DNA of 64,000 nucleotides from Tissierellales bacterium (GTDB lineage Bacteria; Bacillota; Clostridia; Tissierellales; JASKZW01): NCBI GenBank assembly GCA_030152145.1, contig JASLIL010000018.1, positions 5,100 to 69,099 of the forward strand, read 5' to 3'. Shown piece by piece: positions 55,998 to 64,000 of this stretch (position 1 is its first letter; each line of letters starts with the position of its first letter). The notes under the pieces were generated by a model. It saw only the letters and a program-made list of their open reading frames with translations, ran no database searches and was not told where the DNA came from. The position numbers and the translations under genes were made by a program.

Positions 55998-57041
55998 ATG
56001 AATTTTTTTAAGTATATAAGGGATAAAGTGGCTTTAATATTAGTTTTTTTTCTCAATCTAGTTCTTGTTGTTGGGGTTATGACTCTAGAAGTTTCTAGAT
56101 CTAATTACAGGATAAGGAAAAGCACCCTAGCCTATGCTTTTATCTTATCCTTTCTGCTATTAGTCTTGTATTTAGGAATCACATATCTTACAAGAAGAAG
56201 ACTTTATAGGGTATTAAAGAAGACCGAGGAGTCGAAAGACCCCCAATATTTCTTTAATATAAACAGGAAATACTCCTATGAGGACGACCTCTATAGCAGA
56301 AGTATAAATTCTATATATTCCAATGCAGAAGAAAAGATAAAGGACTATGAAAGAAGGGAAAAGTTACACAGGGATTTTAATAATATCTGGATTCATCAGA
56401 TGAAAACTCCTATTTCAGTTATAAATTTACTAATTGATAATGGTATAAAAAGCTCGGGAGATTTAATGAGCCTAAGGGAGGAAGTTGCTAGGCTGGAAAA
56501 TGGCCTGGATATGGCCCTCTATAACTTAAGACTACAGGACTTTAAGCTGGACTTCAGGGTTGAAAAGGTGGATCTTCTTCAAATTATCAGGAAGGTTATA
56601 AACAATAATAAGAATAGCTTTATAGTTAACTCCATATACCCAAAAGTTACTATAGAGGATGAGCTTATAGTCAAAACCGATGGAAAGTGGATGGAGTTTA
56701 TAATTAATCAGATAGTACAAAATAGTATTAAGTACACCAAGGTAAAGGACAGTAGGAAGAGGGAAATCTTGGTTAGTCAATCATCAGAAGGCAAGAAGAC
56801 AATCCTATCTTTCTATGACAATGGGGTAGGCATAGACTCCAGAGACCTGGCCAATGTATTCAAGCCCTTCTTTACAGGTGAAAATGGCAGGCTTTATTCA
56901 GAATCCACTGGTATGGGCCTCTATCTTACTAAGGAAGTCTTGGATAATTTAGGTCATGGTATAAGTATAGAATCTGAAAAGGGCCTATACACCAAAGTAA
57001 ATATAGTCTTTCCAGAAGAAAAAAATATATATAATTTATAG
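55998..57041 (+). CDS. intramembrane-sensing histidine kinase (BceS-like)
   Basis: Two N-terminal TM helices joined by a minimal loop, the H-box IHQMKTPISV, and an HATPase_c domain with N and G boxes (YDNGVGI, GMGLYL). Confidence 0.85.
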   Translation: MNFFKYIRDKVALILVFFLNLVLVVGVMTLEVSRSNYRIRKSTLAYAFILSFLLLVLYLGITYLTRRRLYRVLKKTEESKDPQYFFNINRKYSYEDDLYSRSINSIYSNAEEKIKDYERREKLHRDFNNIWIHQMKTPISVINLLIDNGIKSSGDLMSLREEVARLENGLDMALYNLRLQDFKLDFRVEKVDLLQIIRKVINNNKNSFIVNSIYPKVTIEDELIVKTDGKWMEFIINQIVQNSIKYTKVKDSRKREILVSQSSEGKKTILSFYDNGVGIDSRDLANVFKPFFTGENGRLYSESTGMGLYLTKEVLDNLGHGISIESEKGLYTKVNIVFPEEKNIYNL

Positions 57042-57062
57042 AGAGGGTAACCTCTCTTTTTT
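57040..57062 (+). terminator. rho-independent terminator after the kinase gene
   Basis: AGAGAGG-gtaa-CCTCTCT followed by a T6 run. Confidence 0.85.
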
Positions 57063-57065
57063 AAT

Positions 57066-57081
57066 CTTACAAAGATGTAAG
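57066..57081. promoter_or_regulatory. inverted repeat CTTACA-AAGA-TGTAAG, candidate response-regulator operator
   Basis: Perfect 6-4-6 inverted repeat, about 55 nt upstream of a TATAAT at 57135-57140 that has a poor -35. Confidence 0.45.
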
Positions 57082-57254
57082 CTTTAGACTTAGATTTGAA
57101 AGGTAAATCAATGGTTTGAATTATAGAAATCTCCTATAATTGTATTATGAGTTAGGGAAATTTAGGAAGGGTAAGAGTATAGAAAAGAATTTTTGTATTC
57201 TATACCCTGAAAATTGTATTTTATTAGAAGTTTTTATTATAGGAGGAGAATATT

Positions 57255-58025
57255 ATGGCGGTTTTGGAAACTAAGAATTTATCAAAAATCTACGGTGGTA
57301 GATCAGGTAGTTTAAAGGTTAAGGCCTTGAATGATATAAATATAGATATAGAAAAAGGTGAGTTTGTGGGGATAATGGGACCCAGTGGAAGTGGTAAGTC
57401 TACTCTTTTAAATATTTTAGCTACCATAGATTCACCAACATCAGGAAATGTATATATAGATGGTAAGGACCCCCACAAGATGGGCCTAGATGATCTGGCT
57501 GTATTTAGAAGGAGAAATCTGGGCTTTATATTTCAAGATTTTAACCTATTGGACACTCTAACAGTTAGGGAGAATATATCCCTACCCTTGGTATTAGAGG
57601 GGGAAAAGGCCAAGCTTATAGATGAGAAAATAGAAGCTATAGCAAAGGTTTTAAATATATCTGAGATATTAGACAAGAGAACCTATGAAATATCAGGAGG
57701 TCAACAGCAAAGGACAGCAGCAGCTAGGGCAATAGTAGGTAAGCCAGAGATAGTTATGGCAGACGAGCCAACAGGTAATCTTGACTCTAAGGCGTCCTTT
57801 GATCTTATGACCTCAATGGAAAAACTAAATGTTGAAGAGGGAGCAACCATAGTTATGGTAACCCACGATGCCTTTGCAGCAAGTTTCTGCCACAGGATTA
57901 TTATGATTAAGGATGGGGAGCAGTTTTTAGAAATTACAAGAGGAGATAATAGCAGGCAGGTATTCTTCAATGAAATTCTAGATGCCCTATCCTTACTTGG
58001 AGGTGGCTACAATGAAAGTCTCTAA
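57255..58025 (+). CDS. ABC transporter ATP-binding protein (BceA-like, MacB/FtsX type)
   Basis: Walker A GPSGSGKST, signature ISGGQQQR, Walker B VMADEPTGNLD. Confidence 0.9.
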   Translation: MAVLETKNLSKIYGGRSGSLKVKALNDINIDIEKGEFVGIMGPSGSGKSTLLNILATIDSPTSGNVYIDGKDPHKMGLDDLAVFRRRNLGFIFQDFNLLDTLTVRENISLPLVLEGEKAKLIDEKIEAIAKVLNISEILDKRTYEISGGQQQRTAAARAIVGKPEIVMADEPTGNLDSKASFDLMTSMEKLNVEEGATIVMVTHDAFAASFCHRIIMIKDGEQFLEITRGDNSRQVFFNEILDALSLLGGGYNESL

Positions 58026-59976
58026 GTTGGCCTATAAAAACTTTAAGGGAAATTTCTATAGGTATGCTATGTTTGCCTTAAGTAATTCCTTTGCAGTTAC
58101 AGCCTTCTTTATATTTGCAAACTTTATCTTCCATCCAAGTCTAGATTTTAATGATCTAGGAGGACACTATGTGGCAGCTATGGGAGCTAAATCTGGTATG
58201 GTTATGTCACAGATTATAATAGTAATGTTTTCATTTTTATTTGTAGGCTATTCCACCAGTGTCTTCTTAAAGTCACGTGGTAAGGAATTTGGTCTACTAT
58301 CACTTTATGGCATGACTATGAAGCAGATTAGAAGGTATATAGCCAAGGAAAATACTATGTTATCACTTTTTTCAATAGTAACAGGAAGCTTAGTGGGAAT
58401 AGTTTTCTCAAAACTTTTTCTAATGATTATGGAAAACCTTTTGGCCATAGATCTAGCCTTTAATATATCCTTAAAGGCCCTAGGGCTTACATTTGTAGTA
58501 TTTTTTATTTTATTTGAAGTCTCAAGCTATATAATGCTATTTAGTCTTAGAGGAAAAGAAATAGCTGAACAGATGAAATCAAGTAGAATCCCTAAGGAGC
58601 TACCAAAATTTTCTAAATCAAAGGCTATTTTGGGACTGGTTCTTCTTCTGTTAGCCTATGGAGTAGCTTGGATTGTAGATGGGGTTATGGTTCCTCTTGC
58701 TATGATACCAGTTACTACAGTAACAATAGTAGCAAGCTATTTTTTATTCACTCAGTTCTCTATCTATATGGCAGATAAGTTGAAAAGATCAAAAAAAGTA
58801 ATATATAATAAGATAAATTTAATAAGTTATTCTCAGATAATATTCAAGCTAAAAGACACTGCAAAGGTAATGTTTTTGGCAGCTATTTTTTCAGCTGTAG
58901 CCTTTACAGCAACAGAAACCATAGTATCCTTCTATACAGAAATCGGAAGGGTAACAGGCTTTGATAGCTATGAAGACCTGGGAGTTTCAAGAAGAGATGC
59001 CCACCTAGAGGATGAGAAGCTTTTAAAAGAGATTGAAGCAAAGCTGAAAGATGAAGATATAGATATAGTTTTAAAGGAAAATATCAGGATAGGAATGGTA
59101 GAAAACCTGAATCCAGATGAAAATAATAGGGTTGGAAAAAATCCTGGAATAATAGCTCAATCTGAATACAACAAGGCCAAAATAGGAAAGGGTCAAGAAG
59201 CCTTTAATTTAAAGGAAGGTCAGGCTCAATATATCCATATAGATGCCATGTATGATCCTAATAAACTTGTTGGGGATATAGAATACAAGTATCCAGTAGA
59301 CAGTACCAGTCTAAAGTCAGCCAATGAAAAAATTGACTTGAGCCTGGAAAGAGAAATCTATAATGGGGAAATATCTATAGGACGTGCAGGCTATGCAGAA
59401 GTTTTTGTCCTAAATGACAAGGATTTTGAAAGGCTCTACAAGGATATAAAGGATGAAAATAAGAGTAATTATACAATATATAAGTTTACACTTTACAAAA
59501 GAAGCGACAGGGTAGGAAAGGATATATATGAAGATTTTTTAGAAAAGGGTCTAGATGATGTATATATTTATCCCAAGGAAAGTCTTCTTAAGGAAACAAA
59601 GAATCAATTTGCCACCATACTATTTATAGCATTTTTCATAGCCTTCCTATTCTTTATATCATCAGGGAGCATGATCTACTTTAAACTCTTTAATGAAATA
59701 GAGCAGGATAAGTTAGAATACAGTATATTGGAAAAAATAGGTATGGATCCTAGGGATATTAAAAAAATAATAACCAAGCAAATAGGAATTCTGTTCTTCC
59801 TACCATTTTTAGTAGGAGTGCTCCACTCCCTATTTGCCCTAAAATCTCTATCCAATCTACTACGTATGAATCTAATAAGGAATGGCCTACTAGTAAGCTT
59901 TGCCTTCCTTATATTCCAAATTATATACTTCTTTATTATAAGAAACATATATATGAAAAAACTAGAAAACTACTAG
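58012..59976 (+). CDS. FtsX-domain ABC permease with large extracellular loop (BceB-like)
   Basis: About 655 aa with 10 predicted TM segments and a ~200-aa hydrophilic loop between TM7 and TM8. The ATG at 58012 sits behind GGAGGTGG and overlaps the ATPase stop. Confidence 0.85.
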   Translation: MKVSKLAYKNFKGNFYRYAMFALSNSFAVTAFFIFANFIFHPSLDFNDLGGHYVAAMGAKSGMVMSQIIIVMFSFLFVGYSTSVFLKSRGKEFGLLSLYGMTMKQIRRYIAKENTMLSLFSIVTGSLVGIVFSKLFLMIMENLLAIDLAFNISLKALGLTFVVFFILFEVSSYIMLFSLRGKEIAEQMKSSRIPKELPKFSKSKAILGLVLLLLAYGVAWIVDGVMVPLAMIPVTTVTIVASYFLFTQFSIYMADKLKRSKKVIYNKINLISYSQIIFKLKDTAKVMFLAAIFSAVAFTATETIVSFYTEIGRVTGFDSYEDLGVSRRDAHLEDEKLLKEIEAKLKDEDIDIVLKENIRIGMVENLNPDENNRVGKNPGIIAQSEYNKAKIGKGQEAFNLKEGQAQYIHIDAMYDPNKLVGDIEYKYPVDSTSLKSANEKIDLSLEREIYNGEISIGRAGYAEVFVLNDKDFERLYKDIKDENKSNYTIYKFTLYKRSDRVGKDIYEDFLEKGLDDVYIYPKESLLKETKNQFATILFIAFFIAFLFFISSGSMIYFKLFNEIEQDKLEYSILEKIGMDPRDIKKIITKQIGILFFLPFLVGVLHSLFALKSLSNLLRMNLIRNGLLVSFAFLIFQIIYFFIIRNIYMKKLENY

Positions 59977-59998
59977 AGAGGCTAAGCCTCTCTTTTTT
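59975..59998 (+). terminator. rho-independent terminator
   Basis: AGAGAGGC-taa-GCCTCTCT followed by a T6 run. Confidence 0.9.
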
Positions 59999-60055
59999 CT
60001 TGGAAAGGTTATAATCTGACTTTTTATTTGGGTATATATAGAGTGAGGTGATAAT

Positions 60056-60301
60056 ATGGATAAGGGAAAAACTTTTGTTAAAGTAGCGGCTAGCGCAGCT
60101 ATAGGATCAGCTCTAGGAGCTAGTGGTGGATTCTTAACTGGTGGCAAGAAGGGTTTGAAGAAGGGCTTTAATATTGGAAGTCAGCTGGGCCTAGTGGCTG
60201 GGTTGGCTGCTGGAGTCTTGGCAACTAGGGCAGTAGTTAAGACAAGGAGAAATATAGAAGGAAAACTAGAAGAAAGAAGGGCTTTAAAGGGGGAGGCTTA
60301 G
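60056..60301 (+). CDS. small Gly/Ala-rich (glycine-zipper-like) membrane protein
   Basis: 81 aa with two GxxxG-rich hydrophobic segments and a basic C-terminal tail. RBS GAGGTG is present. No family was recognised. Confidence 0.5.
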   Translation: MDKGKTFVKVAASAAIGSALGASGGFLTGGKKGLKKGFNIGSQLGLVAGLAAGVLATRAVVKTRRNIEGKLEERRALKGEA

Positions 60302-60329
60302 GCTTCCTCTTTTTTTATTGTAAAATTCC

Positions 60330-60358
60330 TTGACTTATATCGATAGTCGCTATATAAT
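60330..60358 (+). promoter_or_regulatory. sigma-A promoter of the padR operon
   Basis: TTGACT (60330-60335), a 17-nt spacer, then TATAAT (60353-60358). Confidence 0.7.
60337..60353. promoter_or_regulatory. operator copy 1 (ATATCGA-TAG-TCGCTAT) inside the promoter spacer
   Basis: Imperfect 7-3-7 palindrome that shares the 13-mer ATATCGATAGTCG with copy 2. Confidence 0.6.
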
Positions 60359-60369
60359 GAAAAAACAAC

Positions 60370-60386
60370 ATATCGATAGTCGATAT
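60370..60386. promoter_or_regulatory. operator copy 2 (ATATCGA-TAG-TCGATAT), perfect palindrome in the 5' UTR
   Basis: Perfect 7-3-7 palindrome lying 33 bp downstream of copy 1 and 16 nt before the GTG start. Confidence 0.6.
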
Positions 60387-60402
60387 ATCGGGAGGTGATA
60401 GA

Positions 60403-60723
60403 GTGTCTAAGAAAAAAGCCTTGACCCAGCCTATGTACTATGTTCTTTTAAGTTTGGTTGAGGAAAGGCATGGTTATGAAATAATGCAGTATATAAGTGA
60501 TTTAACTGACTCTCGGGTAAAGGTAGGCCCAGGAACTCTTTACGCCCTTTTAGCTAGGTTTGAAGAGGATGGGACCATAGTAATGGTAAGGGAGTTGGAA
60601 AAGAAGAAGACCTATAAAATAAGCTCTGAGGGCAGGAAGCTTTTAGAGGATGAAATCCATAGGTTGGAGAATCTGCTTGAAGATGCTAGGAAAATTTTAG
60701 GAGGTGAAGGTGATGAAATATAG
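60403..60723 (+). CDS. PadR family transcriptional regulator
   Basis: 106 aa with a winged-helix pattern (YYVLLSLVEERHGYEIMQYI...VGPGTLYALLARFEEDG) and a C-terminal dimerisation helix. The start is GTG behind GGGAGGTG. Confidence 0.9.
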   Translation: MSKKKALTQPMYYVLLSLVEERHGYEIMQYISDLTDSRVKVGPGTLYALLARFEEDGTIVMVRELEKKKTYKISSEGRKLLEDEIHRLENLLEDARKILGGEGDEI

Positions 60724-62137
60724 ATTTTCAATAAATTATTTAAACATAAATAATATAAGTCAGGTGGAGGAGTATTTAGAGGGAAAGGCTAGGGAGGGCT
60801 TACTTTTAAAGAGGATAGTCATGGGGAATCTTTTTATTTTTGAGAAGGTTGAAGCTAGAGATCTAGTTTTTACTATAGCTCCCAACGAACTAGAAACTAG
60901 CTACAATAGGATGGCCAAGGACGAGAAAAAAGAATATGATGAGCTTTGTAAAATTTCAGGCTGGAATTATATTACCAGTAGCTTTAATCTTCAAATATAC
61001 TATAGAGAAAGGTCAGAACTAGGCCTAGACATACATACAGATGATGATCTAGAGTTTGAAGTTTTAGAGTCAATAGGCAATAAGCAGCTTAAGTCTCTTT
61101 ATATCTCACTGCCACTTTTAATGCTTATAAGTGCTGGAAATATTTCTGCTCTTTTAAATACCAGCTATAGGATTAGGTCAGGTTTTTCTCAAATAATTAT
61201 AGTTCCTATGTTAATAGGCGTGGTATCAGGTTTAGCAGAGATATTTACCCTTAAAAAGTTTTTAAAAACCAATAGGAAGAGGCTGGAACTAGGAGATGAC
61301 CTTGAGTTTCAAAGAGGCAGCTTTAATTTAAATAAACTTTTCCTAAGCTCCCTACTTTTATCACTAGCTCTTAGCCTAGTTTATACTATCTATCTTGGAA
61401 TTTTCCTAAATAATAGGATTCCACTAATAGCTTCCCTACCAGGCCTTATTGGTTTTTCCCTAGGTGGAATCTATAGGTTTAAGGTAAAGCCAAGGAAAAT
61501 ATCTTTAAGGAAGAAGAAGGGAATTTTACTCCTTACACTTTTACTTGCAGGCCTTATAGGATTCTCCTTAATTTTCAATCTTAGCAAGGTTTTAGATGGA
61601 AGTTTTAGAGGAGAAAGAGAGGTTTTAAGGCTCTTAGATGGACCTTACCAGGAGGAGACCTACCTAGGAAATATAAGCTTTCTTGCTCCTAGGTCCTATG
61701 ACTACAGTTTTGATACTGAGGATGCTAGGGTTAGGCTAGAGTATTCAAAGCTAATAGGAGATAGGATTGGCCATAGACTTGTGGAAGCCTATAAGAAAGA
61801 GGCAAATCAGGATTTGCATCGTAGTAGAAACACTTTTATTGAGGTCTATAGGTCTGGGAAATACTCTGAGAAAGTAAGGGATTTAGGCCTTGAGGAAAAT
61901 GAATTTAACGAGCTTTTAAAGCTTCATGAGAAGGAGGCTTTTGCTGAAGCTATTAAGATATTAGATGGAAAATTTAATAAGGAAGTAGAAGTTAGTGGCT
62001 TTGACCAGGTATATGTATTTGGAAAAGAAGAGGATAAATTTTTAATAAGAAGGGCTAGGGAAGTATATTTTATAGAGGCTATATCCTTTAAAGATATGAA
62101 TCTACTAAAAAAGGCCCTATATAAGATCCAGGACTAG
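60713..62137 (+). CDS. DUF2812-like membrane protein (usual PadR partner)
   Basis: The N-terminal domain (YLNINNISQVEEYLEGKAREGLLLKRI) resembles DUF2812, and several TM segments follow. The start overlaps the padR stop. Confidence 0.6.
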   Translation: MKYRFSINYLNINNISQVEEYLEGKAREGLLLKRIVMGNLFIFEKVEARDLVFTIAPNELETSYNRMAKDEKKEYDELCKISGWNYITSSFNLQIYYRERSELGLDIHTDDDLEFEVLESIGNKQLKSLYISLPLLMLISAGNISALLNTSYRIRSGFSQIIIVPMLIGVVSGLAEIFTLKKFLKTNRKRLELGDDLEFQRGSFNLNKLFLSSLLLSLALSLVYTIYLGIFLNNRIPLIASLPGLIGFSLGGIYRFKVKPRKISLRKKKGILLLTLLLAGLIGFSLIFNLSKVLDGSFRGEREVLRLLDGPYQEETYLGNISFLAPRSYDYSFDTEDARVRLEYSKLIGDRIGHRLVEAYKKEANQDLHRSRNTFIEVYRSGKYSEKVRDLGLEENEFNELLKLHEKEAFAEAIKILDGKFNKEVEVSGFDQVYVFGKEEDKFLIRRAREVYFIEAISFKDMNLLKKALYKIQD

Positions 62138-62153
62138 TTCCTGGATCTTTTGA
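62123..62153 (+). terminator. rho-independent terminator
   Basis: AAGATCCAGGA-ctagt-TCCTGGATCTT, an 11-bp stem, followed by TTTG. Confidence 0.8.
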
Positions 62154-62228
62154 ATAAAAGCTTTTTTGTGCTACAATCAAATTAGCTCACATCTTAGGAG
62201 TGAGACTATTTTTTAGGAGTGGAAAAAA

Positions 62229-63071
62229 GTGAATATAGGATTTATAGGTGCCGGAAAGGTTGGCTGTACCTTCGGACATTATTTAAAACAGCAGGGCCTA
62301 AATGTACTAGGCTATTATAGTTTAAGTAAATCCTCAAGTGAATTAGGTGCAAAACTTACAAATAGCTCACCTCTTAATTTTGATGAGCTCATTTCTAAAT
62401 GTAACTATATTTTCATTACCTGTCCAGACCAGGCTATAGATAAGGTTTGGGATAGAATGAAGACTTATGACCTTTGTCATAAGAATATATTCCACATGAG
62501 TGGAGCCAAGTCTCTTAGGCTCTTTAGTGGCTATAAAGGGAATTTTTATAGTTTACATCCAATTTATTCTTTTAATTCCAGGAAGGCAGAAGATCTATCA
62601 GAGGTCATATTTTCTATATCAGGAGATGGAATAGAAAATATTCAGGACTTTCTAGACAGGTCAAAAATAAAATATTTTAGAATAGAAGACAGTCAAAAGG
62701 TAAAATACCACGCTGCCTCTGTTTTCATGTCTAATTATTTAGTGGCTCTCTATAAGATAAGCCAGGACCTATTTTTAGAGCTGGGCATGGATAGGGATTT
62801 TGTTTTTCTGGCTCTGGCCCCCTTGATTTATGGAAGTCTAGATAATATTAGGCTTTCAGGGCCAGAGGGAGCTTTAACAGGGCCCATATCTAGAGGGGAT
62901 CTAGAAACAGTAGAATCTCATATTTTAGAGATGGGAGACTACAGAAATCTTTACAGGGAATTGGGCCTGGTAGCTTTAGACATAACTAGGGAAAAAGGAA
63001 GCTTGGAAGAAGGGGTCCTAGAGGACCTAGAAAATATATTAAGAGGTGGTTCAGATGAAAAAAACAGTTAA
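62229..63071 (+). CDS. panG: Rossmann + DUF2520-type oxidoreductase, probable PanG-type ketopantoate reductase
   Basis: It starts [10 protein letters not shown] (NAD(P)-binding) and has the DUF2520-like C-terminal half. It lies directly upstream of panB-panC and overlaps them. Confidence 0.55.
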   Translation: MNIGFIGAGKVGCTFGHYLKQQGLNVLGYYSLSKSSSELGAKLTNSSPLNFDELISKCNYIFITCPDQAIDKVWDRMKTYDLCHKNIFHMSGAKSLRLFSGYKGNFYSLHPIYSFNSRKAEDLSEVIFSISGDGIENIQDFLDRSKIKYFRIEDSQKVKYHAASVFMSNYLVALYKISQDLFLELGMDRDFVFLALAPLIYGSLDNIRLSGPEGALTGPISRGDLETVESHILEMGDYRNLYRELGLVALDITREKGSLEEGVLEDLENILRGGSDEKNS

Positions 63072-63891
63072 TAGTTTTAAGAAGGCCAAGGAAAATTTAG
63101 AAAAACTTACCATGTTAACAGCCTATGACTACTCTACAGCAAAGTTAGTGGACCAAGGAGGGGTAGATGGAATTTTGGTAGGGGACTCCCTGGGAATGGT
63201 CTGCCTAGGATATGAGAATACCCTAAAGGTTACAATGGATGATATGATACATCACACAAAAGCAGTTGTAAGAGGTGTAAATCAGGCTTTAGTCGTGGCA
63301 GATATGCCTTTTATGTCCTATCATCTATCAGTGGAGGATACAGTTAAAAATGCTGGAAGATTGGTAAAGGAAGGAGGGGCAGATGCAGTTAAGCTAGAGG
63401 GCGGAAGGGACTTTATAGAAGAAATAAGGGCCATAATAAGGGCTCAGATCCCTGTTATGGGCCATCTAGGCTTAACGCCTCAATCTGTAAATCTTCTGGG
63501 AGGATTTAAGGTTCAGGCCAAGACCAAGAAAGCTGTGGAAAAGTTATTAGATGATGCTAGAGCTTTGGAAGAAGCTGGAGTTTTTGCCTTAGTCTTAGAA
63601 TGTGTTCCAGAAGAAATAGGAAAGATAGTTAGCCAGAGTCTATCCATCCCTACTATAGGCATAGGGGCAGGCAGCTACTGTGATGGGCAGATTTTAGTTG
63701 TAAACGATATGATGGGACTATATAGGGATTTCACACCAAAGTTTGTAAAGCTATATGGAGCCTTGGATGAGGAATATGATAGGGCTATAAAGTCCTATAT
63801 TTTAGAGGTTAAATCAGGAGCTTTTCCAGAGGATAAGCATAACTTTAAAATTGATCAGTCTGTCCTAAGTTCTTTTAAGGGGGAAGACTAA
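63055..63891 (+). CDS. panB: 3-methyl-2-oxobutanoate hydroxymethyltransferase
   Basis: It carries LTAYDY, GDSLGMV, VADMPF and VKLEGG motifs. Confidence 0.9.
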   Translation: MKKTVNSFKKAKENLEKLTMLTAYDYSTAKLVDQGGVDGILVGDSLGMVCLGYENTLKVTMDDMIHHTKAVVRGVNQALVVADMPFMSYHLSVEDTVKNAGRLVKEGGADAVKLEGGRDFIEEIRAIIRAQIPVMGHLGLTPQSVNLLGGFKVQAKTKKAVEKLLDDARALEEAGVFALVLECVPEEIGKIVSQSLSIPTIGIGAGSYCDGQILVVNDMMGLYRDFTPKFVKLYGALDEEYDRAIKSYILEVKSGAFPEDKHNFKIDQSVLSSFKGED

Positions 63892-64000
63892 TGATTGTCT
63901 TAGATAGAATAGCAGATTTAAGGGAAGCTATAGTCAACTTTAAGTCCCAGGGAAAAACCATAGGATTTGTTCCAACCATGGGTTCCCTTCACAAGGGTCA
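63891..64000 (+). CDS. panC: pantoate-beta-alanine ligase (3' end outside window)
   Basis: Only the N-terminus, GFVPTMGSLHKGH (the HIGH-like PanC motif), is visible. Its ATG overlaps the panB TAA stop (TAATG). Confidence 0.85.
   Translation, partial: MIVLDRIADLREAIVNFKSQGKTIGFVPTMGSLHKG

Noticed and set aside
1-64000. Search for mobile elements, prophage genes, tRNA/rRNA genes, toxin-antitoxin pairs and long direct or inverted repeats.
   Set aside because: I recognised no transposase, integrase, recombinase or phage structural motifs in any translated ORF, and no tRNA-like or rRNA-like sequence in the intergenic regions. The only long-range similarity is between paralogous genes (the two M9 genes and the three amidohydrolases).

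Overview
This looks like a chromosomal segment of a low-GC, peptide-fermenting Firmicute (Clostridia/Tissierellia-like; organism not identified). All calls rest on reading motifs in the supplied translations and DNA; no searches were run. I call 55 protein-coding genes, almost all on the + strand. I saw no rRNA or tRNA genes, no CRISPR array, no transposase or integrase, and no obvious pseudogene. Most of the window is housekeeping: uvrC, hprK, PFOR, murB, rapZ-yvcK, tex, tsaEB-rimI-tsaD, rex, gdh, ogg and panG-panB-panC. There is also an FMN riboswitch in front of ribU. The main theme is protein and collagen-peptide catabolism. At 0-17.4 kb sit a glycyl radical enzyme that looks like 4-hydroxyproline dehydratase (HypD), then proC, an Xaa-Pro aminopeptidase and a PAS/sigma-54 enhancer-binding protein. 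A textbook -24/-12 sigma-54 promoter follows, driving a 5-gene peptide ABC importer. That importer is coupled to a pair of amidohydrolase-superfamily proteins, one intact and one with every metal ligand lost. An M6 (InhA-like) lipoprotein protease comes next. At 39.4-44.8 kb lie two tandem M9 collagenase paralogs: one secreted and multidomain, the other short and without a signal peptide. I propose, as inference only, that these form a sigma-54-controlled collagen/hydroxyproline-peptide salvage route. The amidohydrolase heteropair would be its undescribed enzymatic step. The 53-62 kb stretch is more accessory: a NERD protein, a Nudix hydrolase, a BceRS-BceAB-type antimicrobial-peptide module, and PadR-DUF2812 with clear duplicated operators. 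Other regulatory candidates are a Rex-like palindrome downstream of the PFOR promoter, a CodY-like box over the -35 of the secreted collagenase, a MarR palindrome and several strong hairpins. Two codon-usage regimes alternate along the window, with a sharp switch at about 12.6 kb.
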